Shown here one piece after another: positions 25,237-34,085 of a DNA stretch of 64,000 nt (its first letter is position 1; each line of letters begins with the position of its first letter). Below the pieces are notes generated by a model. It worked only from the letters and a program-made list of their open reading frames with translations, was not told the origin of the DNA and made no database searches. Source of the DNA: a virus (lineage: Duplodnaviria; Caudoviricetes); IMG/VR virus record IMGVR_UViG_3300030330_005471. One strand, 5' to 3'. The position numbers and the translations under genes were made by a program.

Positions 25237-26694
25237 ATGTTTTATATTTTTGAAATGGCAAATAATCACCAAGGCAGCGTTGAACATGCTAAAAAGATTA
25301 TAGATGAATTTGCTGCTCTATCGGCTAAAATGAAAATAAGATCGGGCATTAAATTGCAATTTAGACAATTAGATACGTTTATTCACAAAGACTTTAAAAA
25401 TTCTGATTTAAAGTTTGTTAAAAGATTTAATTCAACAAGACTGTCGAAAGAGCAGTTTTTAGAAATAGTAGAATATATCAAGGACTCTGGTATGGTTCCT
25501 ATAGCAACACCATTCGATAATGAGTCTTTATCTTGGTTTGAAGAATTTGAAATACCAGTTGTCAAAGTAGCAAGTTGCTCTGTTGACGATTGGCCACTGT
25601 TGAATGAAATATGCAAAATTAATAAAAAAATAATTATCTCAACTGCTGGTGCTGATTTTAAAACACTGAAAAAAGTTTATAGATTGTTTAAAACAAACAA
25701 AAGAGATTTTTCCTTTATGCACTGTGTTGGCGAGTACCCAACTCCTATTGAAAATTCAAATTTAGAAAGGATAGAGCTTTTAAAAGCTGAATTTTGTGAT
25801 GTAGAAATTGGCTTTTCAACACACGAATCGCCAAACCAAAAATCAATGAGTCCATATGCTGTCGCAATGGGTTGTACTATTTTAGAAAAACATGTAGGAG
25901 TAGAGACTGACACTATCAAGCTCAATGCATACTCCAACACTTCTAAGCAAATGGAAGAAACAATAAGAGAAATACAATTAGTCCAATCCGCTATAACAGG
26001 TGTGTCTGCTATAGAAACAGAGTCGCTGCTAAGATTGAAAAGAGGTGCCTATCTCAAAAATAATTTAAAAGCAGGTCAAACAATAAAAGAAGAAGATATC
26101 TATTACGCAATGCCAGTACAAGACAACCAGTTTAACGCGTCGAACATAGATTCTTATTTAAATAAAAAGGTTGCTGAAAATCTAAGAATGGACTCGCCAT
26201 TGATGAAAAATTGCATAGCAAACGAAAATTCTGATACTATTGAAATCATCAAAGCAAAGATAGCTAAAATTCTTAGTGAGGCGAAAATTGCTATGTCTGG
26301 GTTTGAAAAAATTCAACTTTCTTGCCACTATGGTTTAGACAATTTTTATGAATACGGAGCAGTAATTGTCGATAAAATAAACAGAGAATATTGCAAGAAA
26401 CTAATCATTATGATGCCTCAACAAAAACATCCATCACATAGACATATAAAAAAAGAGGAGGCATTTGAGCTGTTACATGGAGATTGCACGTTATTTCTAA
26501 ATGACAAAGAAATATGCTTACAAAAGGGTATGCCTGTGTTGATACCCAGAGGCGTTCGACATTCTTTTACTAGTAAAACAGGCTGTGTCATAGAGGAAAT
26601 TTCAACAACTCATCACATTGGAGACTCAATTTACGAAGATGTGAAGATAAACACGTTAAATATTTCCGACAGGAAAATAAACATAAAAGTATAA
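25237..26694 (+). CDS. neuB: NeuB-like synthase + SAF domain + C-terminal cupin
   Basis: FEMANNHQG, ATPFD, KVASC, MHCVGEYPTP, GFSTHE, LEKH; cupin HPSHRHIKKEE...RHSF...IEEIST. Confidence 0.85.
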   Translation: MFYIFEMANNHQGSVEHAKKIIDEFAALSAKMKIRSGIKLQFRQLDTFIHKDFKNSDLKFVKRFNSTRLSKEQFLEIVEYIKDSGMVPIATPFDNESLSWFEEFEIPVVKVASCSVDDWPLLNEICKINKKIIISTAGADFKTLKKVYRLFKTNKRDFSFMHCVGEYPTPIENSNLERIELLKAEFCDVEIGFSTHESPNQKSMSPYAVAMGCTILEKHVGVETDTIKLNAYSNTSKQMEETIREIQLVQSAITGVSAIETESLLRLKRGAYLKNNLKAGQTIKEEDIYYAMPVQDNQFNASNIDSYLNKKVAENLRMDSPLMKNCIANENSDTIEIIKAKIAKILSEAKIAMSGFEKIQLSCHYGLDNFYEYGAVIVDKINREYCKKLIIMMPQQKHPSHRHIKKEEAFELLHGDCTLFLNDKEICLQKGMPVLIPRGVRHSFTSKTGCVIEEISTTHHIGDSIYEDVKINTLNISDRKINIKV

Positions 26695-26703
26695 AGGAAA
26701 ACA

Positions 26704-27483
26704 ATGAATTTTAAAGAAAAATTTGATAAGTTTGGTTTTTTAGTCCTTAGAAAAGCTTTTGATGTTGAAGCTTGTAAGGTTCTAAAAGAAACAATTTTAG
26801 AATATTTCACAAACGAACAAGGACAACTATTAAAAAATACGACCAAAAACTATAGAGACGGAAAACAATGCACTGCACCTATGGCTTTTAATAACGTGGA
26901 ATTATATAAATTGAATACAATATTTAATAACAAAAAACTGAACGACACACTAAACGATATAACTGGAAATAAACTAATGTTTCTTCATCATTCTGATGCT
27001 CATGTGGATACTGTTGCTGGAAAAGGATGGCACACAGACGCCATAAACAATTCTGACGGTAGGCAAGGTCGACGATGGAAAGATATGTACATAACTAAGG
27101 ATTTTTGGTCAATTCAAGATAAAGAAAAATATTGTGTAATAAGAATAGCACTATACCTGCAACAACACACAGATGATAAAAATGGCCTATTTGTCAGAGC
27201 TGGTAGTCACAATAAAGGCAAAATTCAAAAAGAGCTTTATGTTAAAACAAATTTAGGAGATGTCATATTATTTGATGCAAGACTCCAGCATCGTGGAGGC
27301 TCAACTGTTAGAAAAGGTGACAAAAGAGCAGCAATTTTTTGGGCCATGGGGCGAGATAACGTTTTTTCTCATGAACATGCCAACGCAGCTATAGCAAGAC
27401 AAATACACCAACTTGGGATACATGAATACATAATGAATATGCAAGTAAAAAAAATTTTAGATAAGAATAATATAGGATACTAA
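26704..27483 (+). CDS. PhyH-like Fe(II)/2-oxoglutarate dioxygenase
   Basis: F...GFLVLR, GWHTD, GSH, GDVILFD.RLQHRGG, R. Confidence 0.78.
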   Translation: MNFKEKFDKFGFLVLRKAFDVEACKVLKETILEYFTNEQGQLLKNTTKNYRDGKQCTAPMAFNNVELYKLNTIFNNKKLNDTLNDITGNKLMFLHHSDAHVDTVAGKGWHTDAINNSDGRQGRRWKDMYITKDFWSIQDKEKYCVIRIALYLQQHTDDKNGLFVRAGSHNKGKIQKELYVKTNLGDVILFDARLQHRGGSTVRKGDKRAAIFWAMGRDNVFSHEHANAAIARQIHQLGIHEYIMNMQVKKILDKNNIGY

Positions 27484-28413
27484 ATGAGTTTAGCAATTTT
27501 TATAAAAAGTGCTGGTGACAATATAAACAAAGAGAATCTAAAAGATACTTTATCTTCTATTGTCAAAAACACAAAAGAAGAATTTGAACTACATTTGGTT
27601 TTGGAAGAATCTCAAAAAAAAGTCTTAAATGGTCTGAAAATTGATAAACACTTAGGATCTGTAAAAACAGCAAATCCTAAAACATCTTGGGCTGAAGACT
27701 TTAATATGTTTTTCGATTCGGTAAAAAATACTCATGAGTGGTTGCTTTATTGTCATGATGACCTTGAAATTTTAACACCGGGCTGGTTCACAAAAAGTAA
27801 AAAAATTGTAGGAAGTCGGCAAGATATTGGATGGATAACATATAGTCAACCAACTTGGTATATGCACTATGGCGAGCCAAGATCTCAAGTTGCAAGACCC
27901 GGTTTTCATTCTGATAGGTTTTCTTATCCTTGTATTCATGAGTGTCACAAATACGATAGAGGCCGAGACTGGAACAATAAAAAATTAATGAAGGAAAAAT
28001 TACATTTGCCAAAAAAGCCTGTAAAAATACATGGGCCATACTCTGTCTTTAATTTAATAAAAATGCATAACATGAAAAAAATTGGATTTTGTGAAGATTG
28101 GAATCCATACACAATGTTAATTGATGAGGATTGGGCACTTGAGTCGTTAAAAAACAATCTTATCAATATTTGGATTCCGAATGTGTTTTATCTACACCCA
28201 TTAAGATGGAAAGAAAGAAAATCACCAGACCGGTTCAAAAAACAAGCTCAAAAAGGTTTTTTCAATAAATGGGGCTTCAACGGAGGAACAGCCCACATTA
28301 CGGACAACGAAATAGAATATATCTGTGAGCGCTATGCTGATACCAATGTTCCTTGGTCTAGGAACAGACTTTCTTATGACTGGGAATATATAGAGGAAAA
28401 TCATAATGAATAA
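27484..28413 (+). CDS. putative GT-A (GT2-like) glycosyltransferase
   Basis: LLYCHDD (DxD-like), IGFCEDW...IDEDW, YLHP. Confidence 0.6.
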   Translation: MSLAIFIKSAGDNINKENLKDTLSSIVKNTKEEFELHLVLEESQKKVLNGLKIDKHLGSVKTANPKTSWAEDFNMFFDSVKNTHEWLLYCHDDLEILTPGWFTKSKKIVGSRQDIGWITYSQPTWYMHYGEPRSQVARPGFHSDRFSYPCIHECHKYDRGRDWNNKKLMKEKLHLPKKPVKIHGPYSVFNLIKMHNMKKIGFCEDWNPYTMLIDEDWALESLKNNLINIWIPNVFYLHPLRWKERKSPDRFKKQAQKGFFNKWGFNGGTAHITDNEIEYICERYADTNVPWSRNRLSYDWEYIEENHNE

Positions 28414-29002
28414 CGAAAATTATAGGTTTTGGAAAAAAGTTTGGAATTCGAAGGGAGAAAGCAACAGTGTAGATCTTTTGTTCCTAGATGGTTATGAACA
28501 CTTAGAGTCCAATTTTTCAAGTCAACAAATTACACAAGAAATTATCAATAGCTTGAAAATTAATAATACAGATCGTGTCTTAGAAGTTGCTTGTGGTTGT
28601 GGGTTTTTATCCAGAGAATTTAATAATTTATGCACTTATGTAGGAGTTGATTACTCAAAACCAATAATTGCAAAGCACAAAGAACTATTCAAACATGAGG
28701 TGTATGTTTGTGAGTCTAACAATTTGTTTTTTCAGGACAATAGTTTTGACCATGTGTTTTGTTATGGACTATTTCAGTACCTGCCAAATATAGAATATGC
28801 CGAACAGACTATAGCCGAGATGTGCAGGGTTTCAAAAAACGGTATTTATTTGGGAGATCTAAAGAAAACAAAAACCAGAGATCAACACTTTGTTTATCCG
28901 GTGTTTAAATTACAAGATAAAGATTTTAGATTTAGCAAGTGTATACACACACCTAAAAATCAAGATCGGTTCAATGCGTACAAAATAAAAGGAGAAGTAT
29001 GA
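28406..29002 (+). CDS. class I SAM-dependent methyltransferase
   Basis: VLEVACGCG, GVDYS, FQDNSFD.V. Confidence 0.9.
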   Translation: MNNENYRFWKKVWNSKGESNSVDLLFLDGYEHLESNFSSQQITQEIINSLKINNTDRVLEVACGCGFLSREFNNLCTYVGVDYSKPIIAKHKELFKHEVYVCESNNLFFQDNSFDHVFCYGLFQYLPNIEYAEQTIAEMCRVSKNGIYLGDLKKTKTRDQHFVYPVFKLQDKDFRFSKCIHTPKNQDRFNAYKIKGEV

Positions 29003-29556
29003 TTTGGAATGAAATTTTATGCGTAGGAGATTCAATCACTTACGGAGCTAGAGATGAGTTTGGAAGATCCTTCCCAGCTGAATTGGCACAAATGTTGACA
29101 AATGAAACTGGTGAAGTGTATTTCTGTCACAATCATGGTGTAAACGGAGAAACAAGTTCCGACTTGTTGAGAAGGATTTGGAAAGCCTGCAGTTCGCACA
29201 AAGAGAGTAAGATAATGACTATTCTCATAGGAACTAATGATACACAAAAAGATATCCCCACTAACATCTATGAAGACAATTTGAGGCAAATTATAACAAC
29301 GGGAAAAATTTTTAAAAAACACATCTTCCTCTTGACTCTTCCAAAACTGGACTTTACTCCTTTGTATTTAACAAATTCTAATAACATAAATGAATACAAT
29401 TTGATTATCAAAAAACTAGCATTGGAGTATAATTTAAATTTAATTAATCTAAATGGTGTTGAAAAACACTACATTGACGGAGTTCATTTTAAAAATTCCG
29501 GAAATATAGAAATAGCAAAAAGAATAAAAACGGTAATATTAAATTCACAAACTTAG
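28999..29556 (+). CDS. SGNH/GDSL hydrolase (possible O-acetylesterase/transferase)
   Basis: VGDSITYG, GVNG, IGTND, DGVH. Confidence 0.92.
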   Translation: MIWNEILCVGDSITYGARDEFGRSFPAELAQMLTNETGEVYFCHNHGVNGETSSDLLRRIWKACSSHKESKIMTILIGTNDTQKDIPTNIYEDNLRQIITTGKIFKKHIFLLTLPKLDFTPLYLTNSNNINEYNLIIKKLALEYNLNLINLNGVEKHYIDGVHFKNSGNIEIAKRIKTVILNSQT

Positions 29557-29565
29557 GAGAAAAAA

Positions 29566-30513
29566 ATGAAAATATTAATAACAGGTTGTAAAGGAGTTGT
29601 GGGTTCAAAATTATTTGAAGTTTTGTCAAATAATGGCCACGATGTTTTTGGAGTTGACCTTATGCATACTAATGATGTTTATGGCCACGGCCTTGGCTCC
29701 GTTGCTGAACAAAATTATTTTCGTTGTGACATTTCTGAATATAGACAAATATCTTCTGTCGTAGAATTTGTAAAACCAGATCTGATTTACAATTGTGCTG
29801 CTGAATTTGGAAGATGGAATGGTGAACATTTTTACGAACATGTTTGGAGAACAAATACTATAGGTTTAAAACACATTATCAGATTGCAAGAAAAGTATCG
29901 GTTTAAGCTAATACAATGTTCAACATCAGAAGTGTATGGTGATTATTATGATGTTATGTGGGAAAATGTTCTAAATAAAACACCAATTGTTCAATTAAAT
30001 GATTATGCTATCTCAAAAAGAGCTAACGAGATGCAAATTTTTAATTCAAGAACACAATATGACACGGAAACAGTCATAGTTAGGATATTCAACACCTATG
30101 GTCCCGGTGAGTGGTATCATCCATTTAGAAGTGTAAACTGCTTGTTTACATACAATTTATTACATAATAAACCAATAACTGTCTTTTCTGGTCATACGAG
30201 AACAAGTACCTATATTTATGATTGTGTTGATGCACTATCGGAAATAGCGAACAATTTTAAAAACGGAGAAATATACAATCTAGCCTCAACACAACATCAT
30301 ACAATAGAATATTTGGCAAATTTGATACTTGAAGAAACTGGTGCTGATCCTTCTTTGGTTAGTTGGTGTAACACCAGTGAAATTTTAACCACCAAAGACA
30401 AATTTGTAAATGCAGAAAAAGCTGCACGGGACTTAAAAATGAAAGAAAGTGTCACACTAAAAGAAGGAGTAAACAGAACAGTTAAGTGGATGAGGGAGTT
30501 TTACAGAGTATGA
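29566..30513 (+). CDS. NAD-dependent nucleotide-sugar epimerase/dehydratase
   Basis: ITGCKGVVG, STSEVYG, YAISK, RIFNTYGPG. Confidence 0.92.
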   Translation: MKILITGCKGVVGSKLFEVLSNNGHDVFGVDLMHTNDVYGHGLGSVAEQNYFRCDISEYRQISSVVEFVKPDLIYNCAAEFGRWNGEHFYEHVWRTNTIGLKHIIRLQEKYRFKLIQCSTSEVYGDYYDVMWENVLNKTPIVQLNDYAISKRANEMQIFNSRTQYDTETVIVRIFNTYGPGEWYHPFRSVNCLFTYNLLHNKPITVFSGHTRTSTYIYDCVDALSEIANNFKNGEIYNLASTQHHTIEYLANLILEETGADPSLVSWCNTSEILTTKDKFVNAEKAARDLKMKESVTLKEGVNRTVKWMREFYRV

Positions 30514-31178
30514 AATTCTTACATAGTCTTAAAAATTGTAGAGCTTTCTTAAAAGGAGATATTCATCCAAGCGATACCTGTTCAGTCGTTGGAAATTCAG
30601 GTGTTTTATTGAAACAAAACAATGGCACCATAATAGATAGTGCAGAACAGGTCATAAGATTCAATTGGGCAAAGTGTAATGGCTTTGAAAATCATGTTGG
30701 CCGCAAAACAACAATAAGAGTGGTGAATTGTCATCTTATCTTAAACATAGATAACAAAGAATATTTTAAAGTGCAGAAGCAGAGATACCCTTCATTAGAT
30801 AGATACGAGTTGTACAATTTTAAAGATGAAATTATAGTTTTCAAAACAGATCCAAGCTGGCAACTGTGGAAGAAAAAAGAAATTATATCAAAGGTTGAGA
30901 AAAATAATGAGGTATTCTTTATTCATGAAGATTTTTATAATTTAGCAAAAAAAATAAATAATAACAAAGAAGCATCAAATGGGTTTATTGGTGTTTTACT
31001 ATCACTAAGAAATAATGTCACAACAAACTGTTTTGGATTTTCTTTTTATAAGGACAATGAAAAAAAACATTATTACGAAAAAGTAGTTTATGATAAACAA
31101 CACTTGGGTCACAACTTTGATTTAGAACACAAGTGGTTTAGCTTATTTGAAAAGAATAAGTTAATTAAGATATATTGA
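30510..31178 (+). CDS. GT29-family sialyltransferase
   Basis: Sialylmotif L CSVVGNSGVLL...IDSAEQVIRFN.A...GFE..VGRKTT; motif S SNGFIGV...FGF; motif 3 HYYE; motif VS HNFDLE. Confidence 0.88.
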   Translation: MKFLHSLKNCRAFLKGDIHPSDTCSVVGNSGVLLKQNNGTIIDSAEQVIRFNWAKCNGFENHVGRKTTIRVVNCHLILNIDNKEYFKVQKQRYPSLDRYELYNFKDEIIVFKTDPSWQLWKKKEIISKVEKNNEVFFIHEDFYNLAKKINNNKEASNGFIGVLLSLRNNVTTNCFGFSFYKDNEKKHYYEKVVYDKQHLGHNFDLEHKWFSLFEKNKLIKIY

Positions 31179-31192
31179 AAAAAGGAGAAAAA

Positions 31193-31384
31193 ATGAAATT
31201 ATCTGATCAAGCAATGGGAGCCATCATGATGGCGCTGCAAAAATCCCTATTAGAACAAACGGACATTGTCCCTGTTCTTAAAAACTTTGAGCTGGAACTT
31301 ATGGACGATGGAACTCTTCTTGTCAAGAATCCACCAGTTGTGAAAGCCAAAAAGACCCCAACAATCTTAACAGGAAAAGAGTAA
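31193..31384 (+). CDS. hypothetical protein
   Basis: AAGGAG SD; MKLSDQAMGAIMMALQKSLLEQ. Confidence 0.65.
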   Translation: MKLSDQAMGAIMMALQKSLLEQTDIVPVLKNFELELMDDGTLLVKNPPVVKAKKTPTILTGKE

Positions 31385-31635
31385 TGCCTAGGTATGTTTA
31401 CGAATGCTCAGGTTGCGGTGGTCAATTTCAAACGGTTCATGGGATGAACGAAGAGCAACACAAGTGCGAGCTTTGCTTTTCGTTTGTCTCGGAGCTTAAG
31501 AGAATACCTCAAATGACCTACACTCAAAATAAAGAAACTCAATCAGCTCAGAGAGTAAAAGAGGCCATTGAAGAGAATCGAGAGATTCTTAGACAAGCTT
31601 CAAAAGAAGCAAAGGACAAAACATATGACGGTTAA
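31384..31635 (+). CDS. FmdB-family zinc-ribbon protein
   Basis: MPRYVYECSGCG...CELC. Confidence 0.8.
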   Translation: MPRYVYECSGCGGQFQTVHGMNEEQHKCELCFSFVSELKRIPQMTYTQNKETQSAQRVKEAIEENREILRQASKEAKDKTYDG

Positions 31636-32011
31636 CATAGCTCTTATAATAGCCCTAGTAGTATCCATAGGTATCAATATTTTCGGGTTTTGGTATGTTA
31701 GGGATATATTAGGTAGGTTAACTTGGATAAGTCAAAATATCACTGATATTGCGCAAGTAATAGCTATTTATCAAGGCCACTTGAAAGCAATATTTAACCT
31801 AGAGCAGTTCTATGGAGATAAAGAGATTGAAGGTCTTGTTGAACATACAAGGGCGACGATAGAAATATTAGAGGATTACCAAACAGCAGTTTTAGAATTA
31901 GAGCCTGTTGAAGTGGAGGACACAAACCAAGAGGAAATAAATAATGCCGAAGAAGAAGAAAGCATCGAAAAGGATGTACTTTACGCAGGTACACGAAGAC
32001 GCGATAGTTGA
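31625..32011 (+). CDS. N-terminally membrane-anchored protein
   Basis: AAGGA SD; TM segment IALIIALVVSIGINIFGFWYV. Confidence 0.65.
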   Translation: MTVNIALIIALVVSIGINIFGFWYVRDILGRLTWISQNITDIAQVIAIYQGHLKAIFNLEQFYGDKEIEGLVEHTRATIEILEDYQTAVLELEPVEVEDTNQEEINNAEEEESIEKDVLYAGTRRRDS

Positions 32012-32636
32012 GTACTGCTTAGAAAACACAACGTTTAAAAGGAGATCTCAATTGTATGAAGATCTCATTCAACCAGCTTTTAGTGAGATGGTGGATAAGA
32101 TAGTCTATACATATCGCTTTACAACGCTCCCAAACATTGATGAGCTGCGTGACGACTGTAAGGTATGGTTAACCACTATCTTAGCAAAATACGACCCTAA
32201 TAGGGGTTCTAAGGCATTTTCTTACTTTAGTGTAATAACTAAGAACTGGTTCATCCATCAAGTAAAGAAGACATCTAAAAGAGCCAAGAGAGAAGTTGAT
32301 TTTGATCTCGTTGCTGGAGAGGTATACAACAAAGTTATGATGGCTGAGGATGAATATCATCATATTCAAGAACAAAAAGAATTTTGGGAACAACTTTGGA
32401 ACGAGATCAACAGTTGGGATTCTAAACAGATGTCCGAAAACGAAAAGAAGGTATATGATGCCGTTAAGGTTCTTTTAGAGTCAATTGATGATATCGAAAT
32501 CTTTAACAAAAAGGCTGTTTATCTCTATCTCCGAGAATTGACCGGCTTGTCTACAAAACAAATCGTATCTCAGCTCAACAAAATGAGAAAAAAGTATCGT
32601 GTGTTTAGATCAGATTGGGATAACGGTAAAATTTAA
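31944..32636 (+). CDS. phage sigma factor, T4 gp55-like (late transcription)
   Basis: YFT...AIVEY; region-2-like KYDPNRGSKAFSYFSVITKNWF (cf. gp55 FDP..S.N.FAYFT); C-terminal HTH-like LRELTGLSTKQI. Confidence 0.7.
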   Translation: MPKKKKASKRMYFTQVHEDAIVEYCLENTTFKRRSQLYEDLIQPAFSEMVDKIVYTYRFTTLPNIDELRDDCKVWLTTILAKYDPNRGSKAFSYFSVITKNWFIHQVKKTSKRAKREVDFDLVAGEVYNKVMMAEDEYHHIQEQKEFWEQLWNEINSWDSKQMSENEKKVYDAVKVLLESIDDIEIFNKKAVYLYLRELTGLSTKQIVSQLNKMRKKYRVFRSDWDNGKI

Positions 32637-32653
32637 ATATTTCTATTTATTGT

Positions 32654-32950
32654 ATGAGTAAAAAATTAGATGACATAATAGAGAAAGCTCTTAAAAACAT
32701 TGAAAAGGATCGCGAGGTAACTCGAGATCTCTTGGATGATGCAATTAATTATCTTTCAAAAGATGAGTCTCGCCATCGAGACATTGGCATGACATTGGCT
32801 AAATATGTTGAGGTTCTTCAACGTTCAAACGAGCAAATGGTCAAAGTCGCTTCTTTGGTTCAAAAAGAGGAAAAAACTGCCGATGGCTTGTCGGAGAAAG
32901 ATATGGAAGATATCTTCTCTATGATTGACAAGGAGAAGAGTAATGAGTAA
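32654..32950 (+). CDS. hypothetical coiled-coil protein
   Basis: ATG 4 nt after TATTTA with no SD (putatively leaderless). Confidence 0.65.
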   Translation: MSKKLDDIIEKALKNIEKDREVTRDLLDDAINYLSKDESRHRDIGMTLAKYVEVLQRSNEQMVKVASLVQKEEKTADGLSEKDMEDIFSMIDKEKSNE

Positions 32951-34067
32951 CCCAGATCTTCGAGGCTATGGTTCAGGAAGAGGCACCGAAGTTCATAATG
33001 ACCCGGAAGCTCATTACCGCAAAAACTTAGAGGAAGCCAAGGAAGTTGTCAACAGAGATAGGCTTTATACAGACATAACACAGTGTGATGCTGTTGTCAT
33101 ATCTGACAGAGGTGGAGAGTATGGCGGAACAACAGATAGGGAAATTGAGACCGATCAGAGTGGTACAACCAAATATATTAGCGTTATTATAAGATTTATA
33201 GGCCCACCTGATAATCCAACAAGACACCCAGATCAGCACAAGAAAGACCCTTTATCTGCTAAAAACAAAGAAGAGTTTCTCAAGCTTCGAAGTTTGAACG
33301 CCACAAGAGCTGTGAAGGAGCCGATGCTTTATGGGTGGTTTGGAGAACCAGAAATAGGCAGCATTGTCAGGTGTACCAAAAGAGACAATATTTGGGAAAT
33401 AGATTTTGCTTATAATCGAAGTCACCAACCTTATGATGATTTTGTCAAAAGAATGGAGAATCCAACAGAAGGTTCCGGAAAAGCTGCGTTTGCCTCTGCC
33501 GGAAGTAATGGAGCTGGAGCTCCCGGCTCTTCTAATAACAGTCCTGCATCTTCACCAGCAGTTGTTAAGTTCGAATCGGATTTGCAAACAAAAATAACCG
33601 GCATGGGTTTAAAATTTAAAGTAACAGATCGTTCAAGAACTGTCGAAATGCAAATGGAACGAATAAAGAATAAGTTTTATAACAATGGACCACAAGAGGT
33701 AATATCGTCCTATGGAAAGAACAGAGGCGCTGCTATGGTCAAGGCAATACAGAGCGCAGATGATGAAGCTCTAAAGAAATTAGCGGCAAAATCCAGTAAA
33801 CACCTTAAAGGTGCTGCGATTGATATTAGGTCTTGGCACTATACTGATTCTGAAATTCCAATAGTGTTGGATACAATAAGAGAGCTTGGAGGAGACCCTT
33901 TATTAGAAAACACAGAAGGTTGCTGGACAAATTCAGGTAAGGGCGTCACCACAACACAAAGAATTTCTGGAGCGAAAGCCGGAGGTTCTGGTAGGAATAC
34001 TCCGTGTCATAACGAACATATACATATTGATATCCCAGAAGATTATGATACAAAGTTAGAAAGTTAA
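32943..34067 (+). CDS. baseplate-hub-associated protein with C-terminal M15-type (LAS/Hedgehog-fold) peptidoglycan peptidase
   Basis: R...Q, SKHLKGAAIDI, HNEHIHI zinc motifs after a Ser/Gly linker; AAGGAG SD. Confidence 0.7.
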   Translation: MSNPDLRGYGSGRGTEVHNDPEAHYRKNLEEAKEVVNRDRLYTDITQCDAVVISDRGGEYGGTTDREIETDQSGTTKYISVIIRFIGPPDNPTRHPDQHKKDPLSAKNKEEFLKLRSLNATRAVKEPMLYGWFGEPEIGSIVRCTKRDNIWEIDFAYNRSHQPYDDFVKRMENPTEGSGKAAFASAGSNGAGAPGSSNNSPASSPAVVKFESDLQTKITGMGLKFKVTDRSRTVEMQMERIKNKFYNNGPQEVISSYGKNRGAAMVKAIQSADDEALKKLAAKSSKHLKGAAIDIRSWHYTDSEIPIVLDTIRELGGDPLLENTEGCWTNSGKGVTTTQRISGAKAGGSGRNTPCHNEHIHIDIPEDYDTKLES

Positions 34068-34085
34068 AAAGGAAGCGATATTTCT

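Noticed and set aside
12150-31178. Eukaryotic or giant-virus origin suggested by PMM, GT29 and kinase
   Set aside because: SD sequences, sigma70 promoters, operonic overlaps, a gp55-like sigma and gp25/gp6 baseplate genes indicate a bacteriophage
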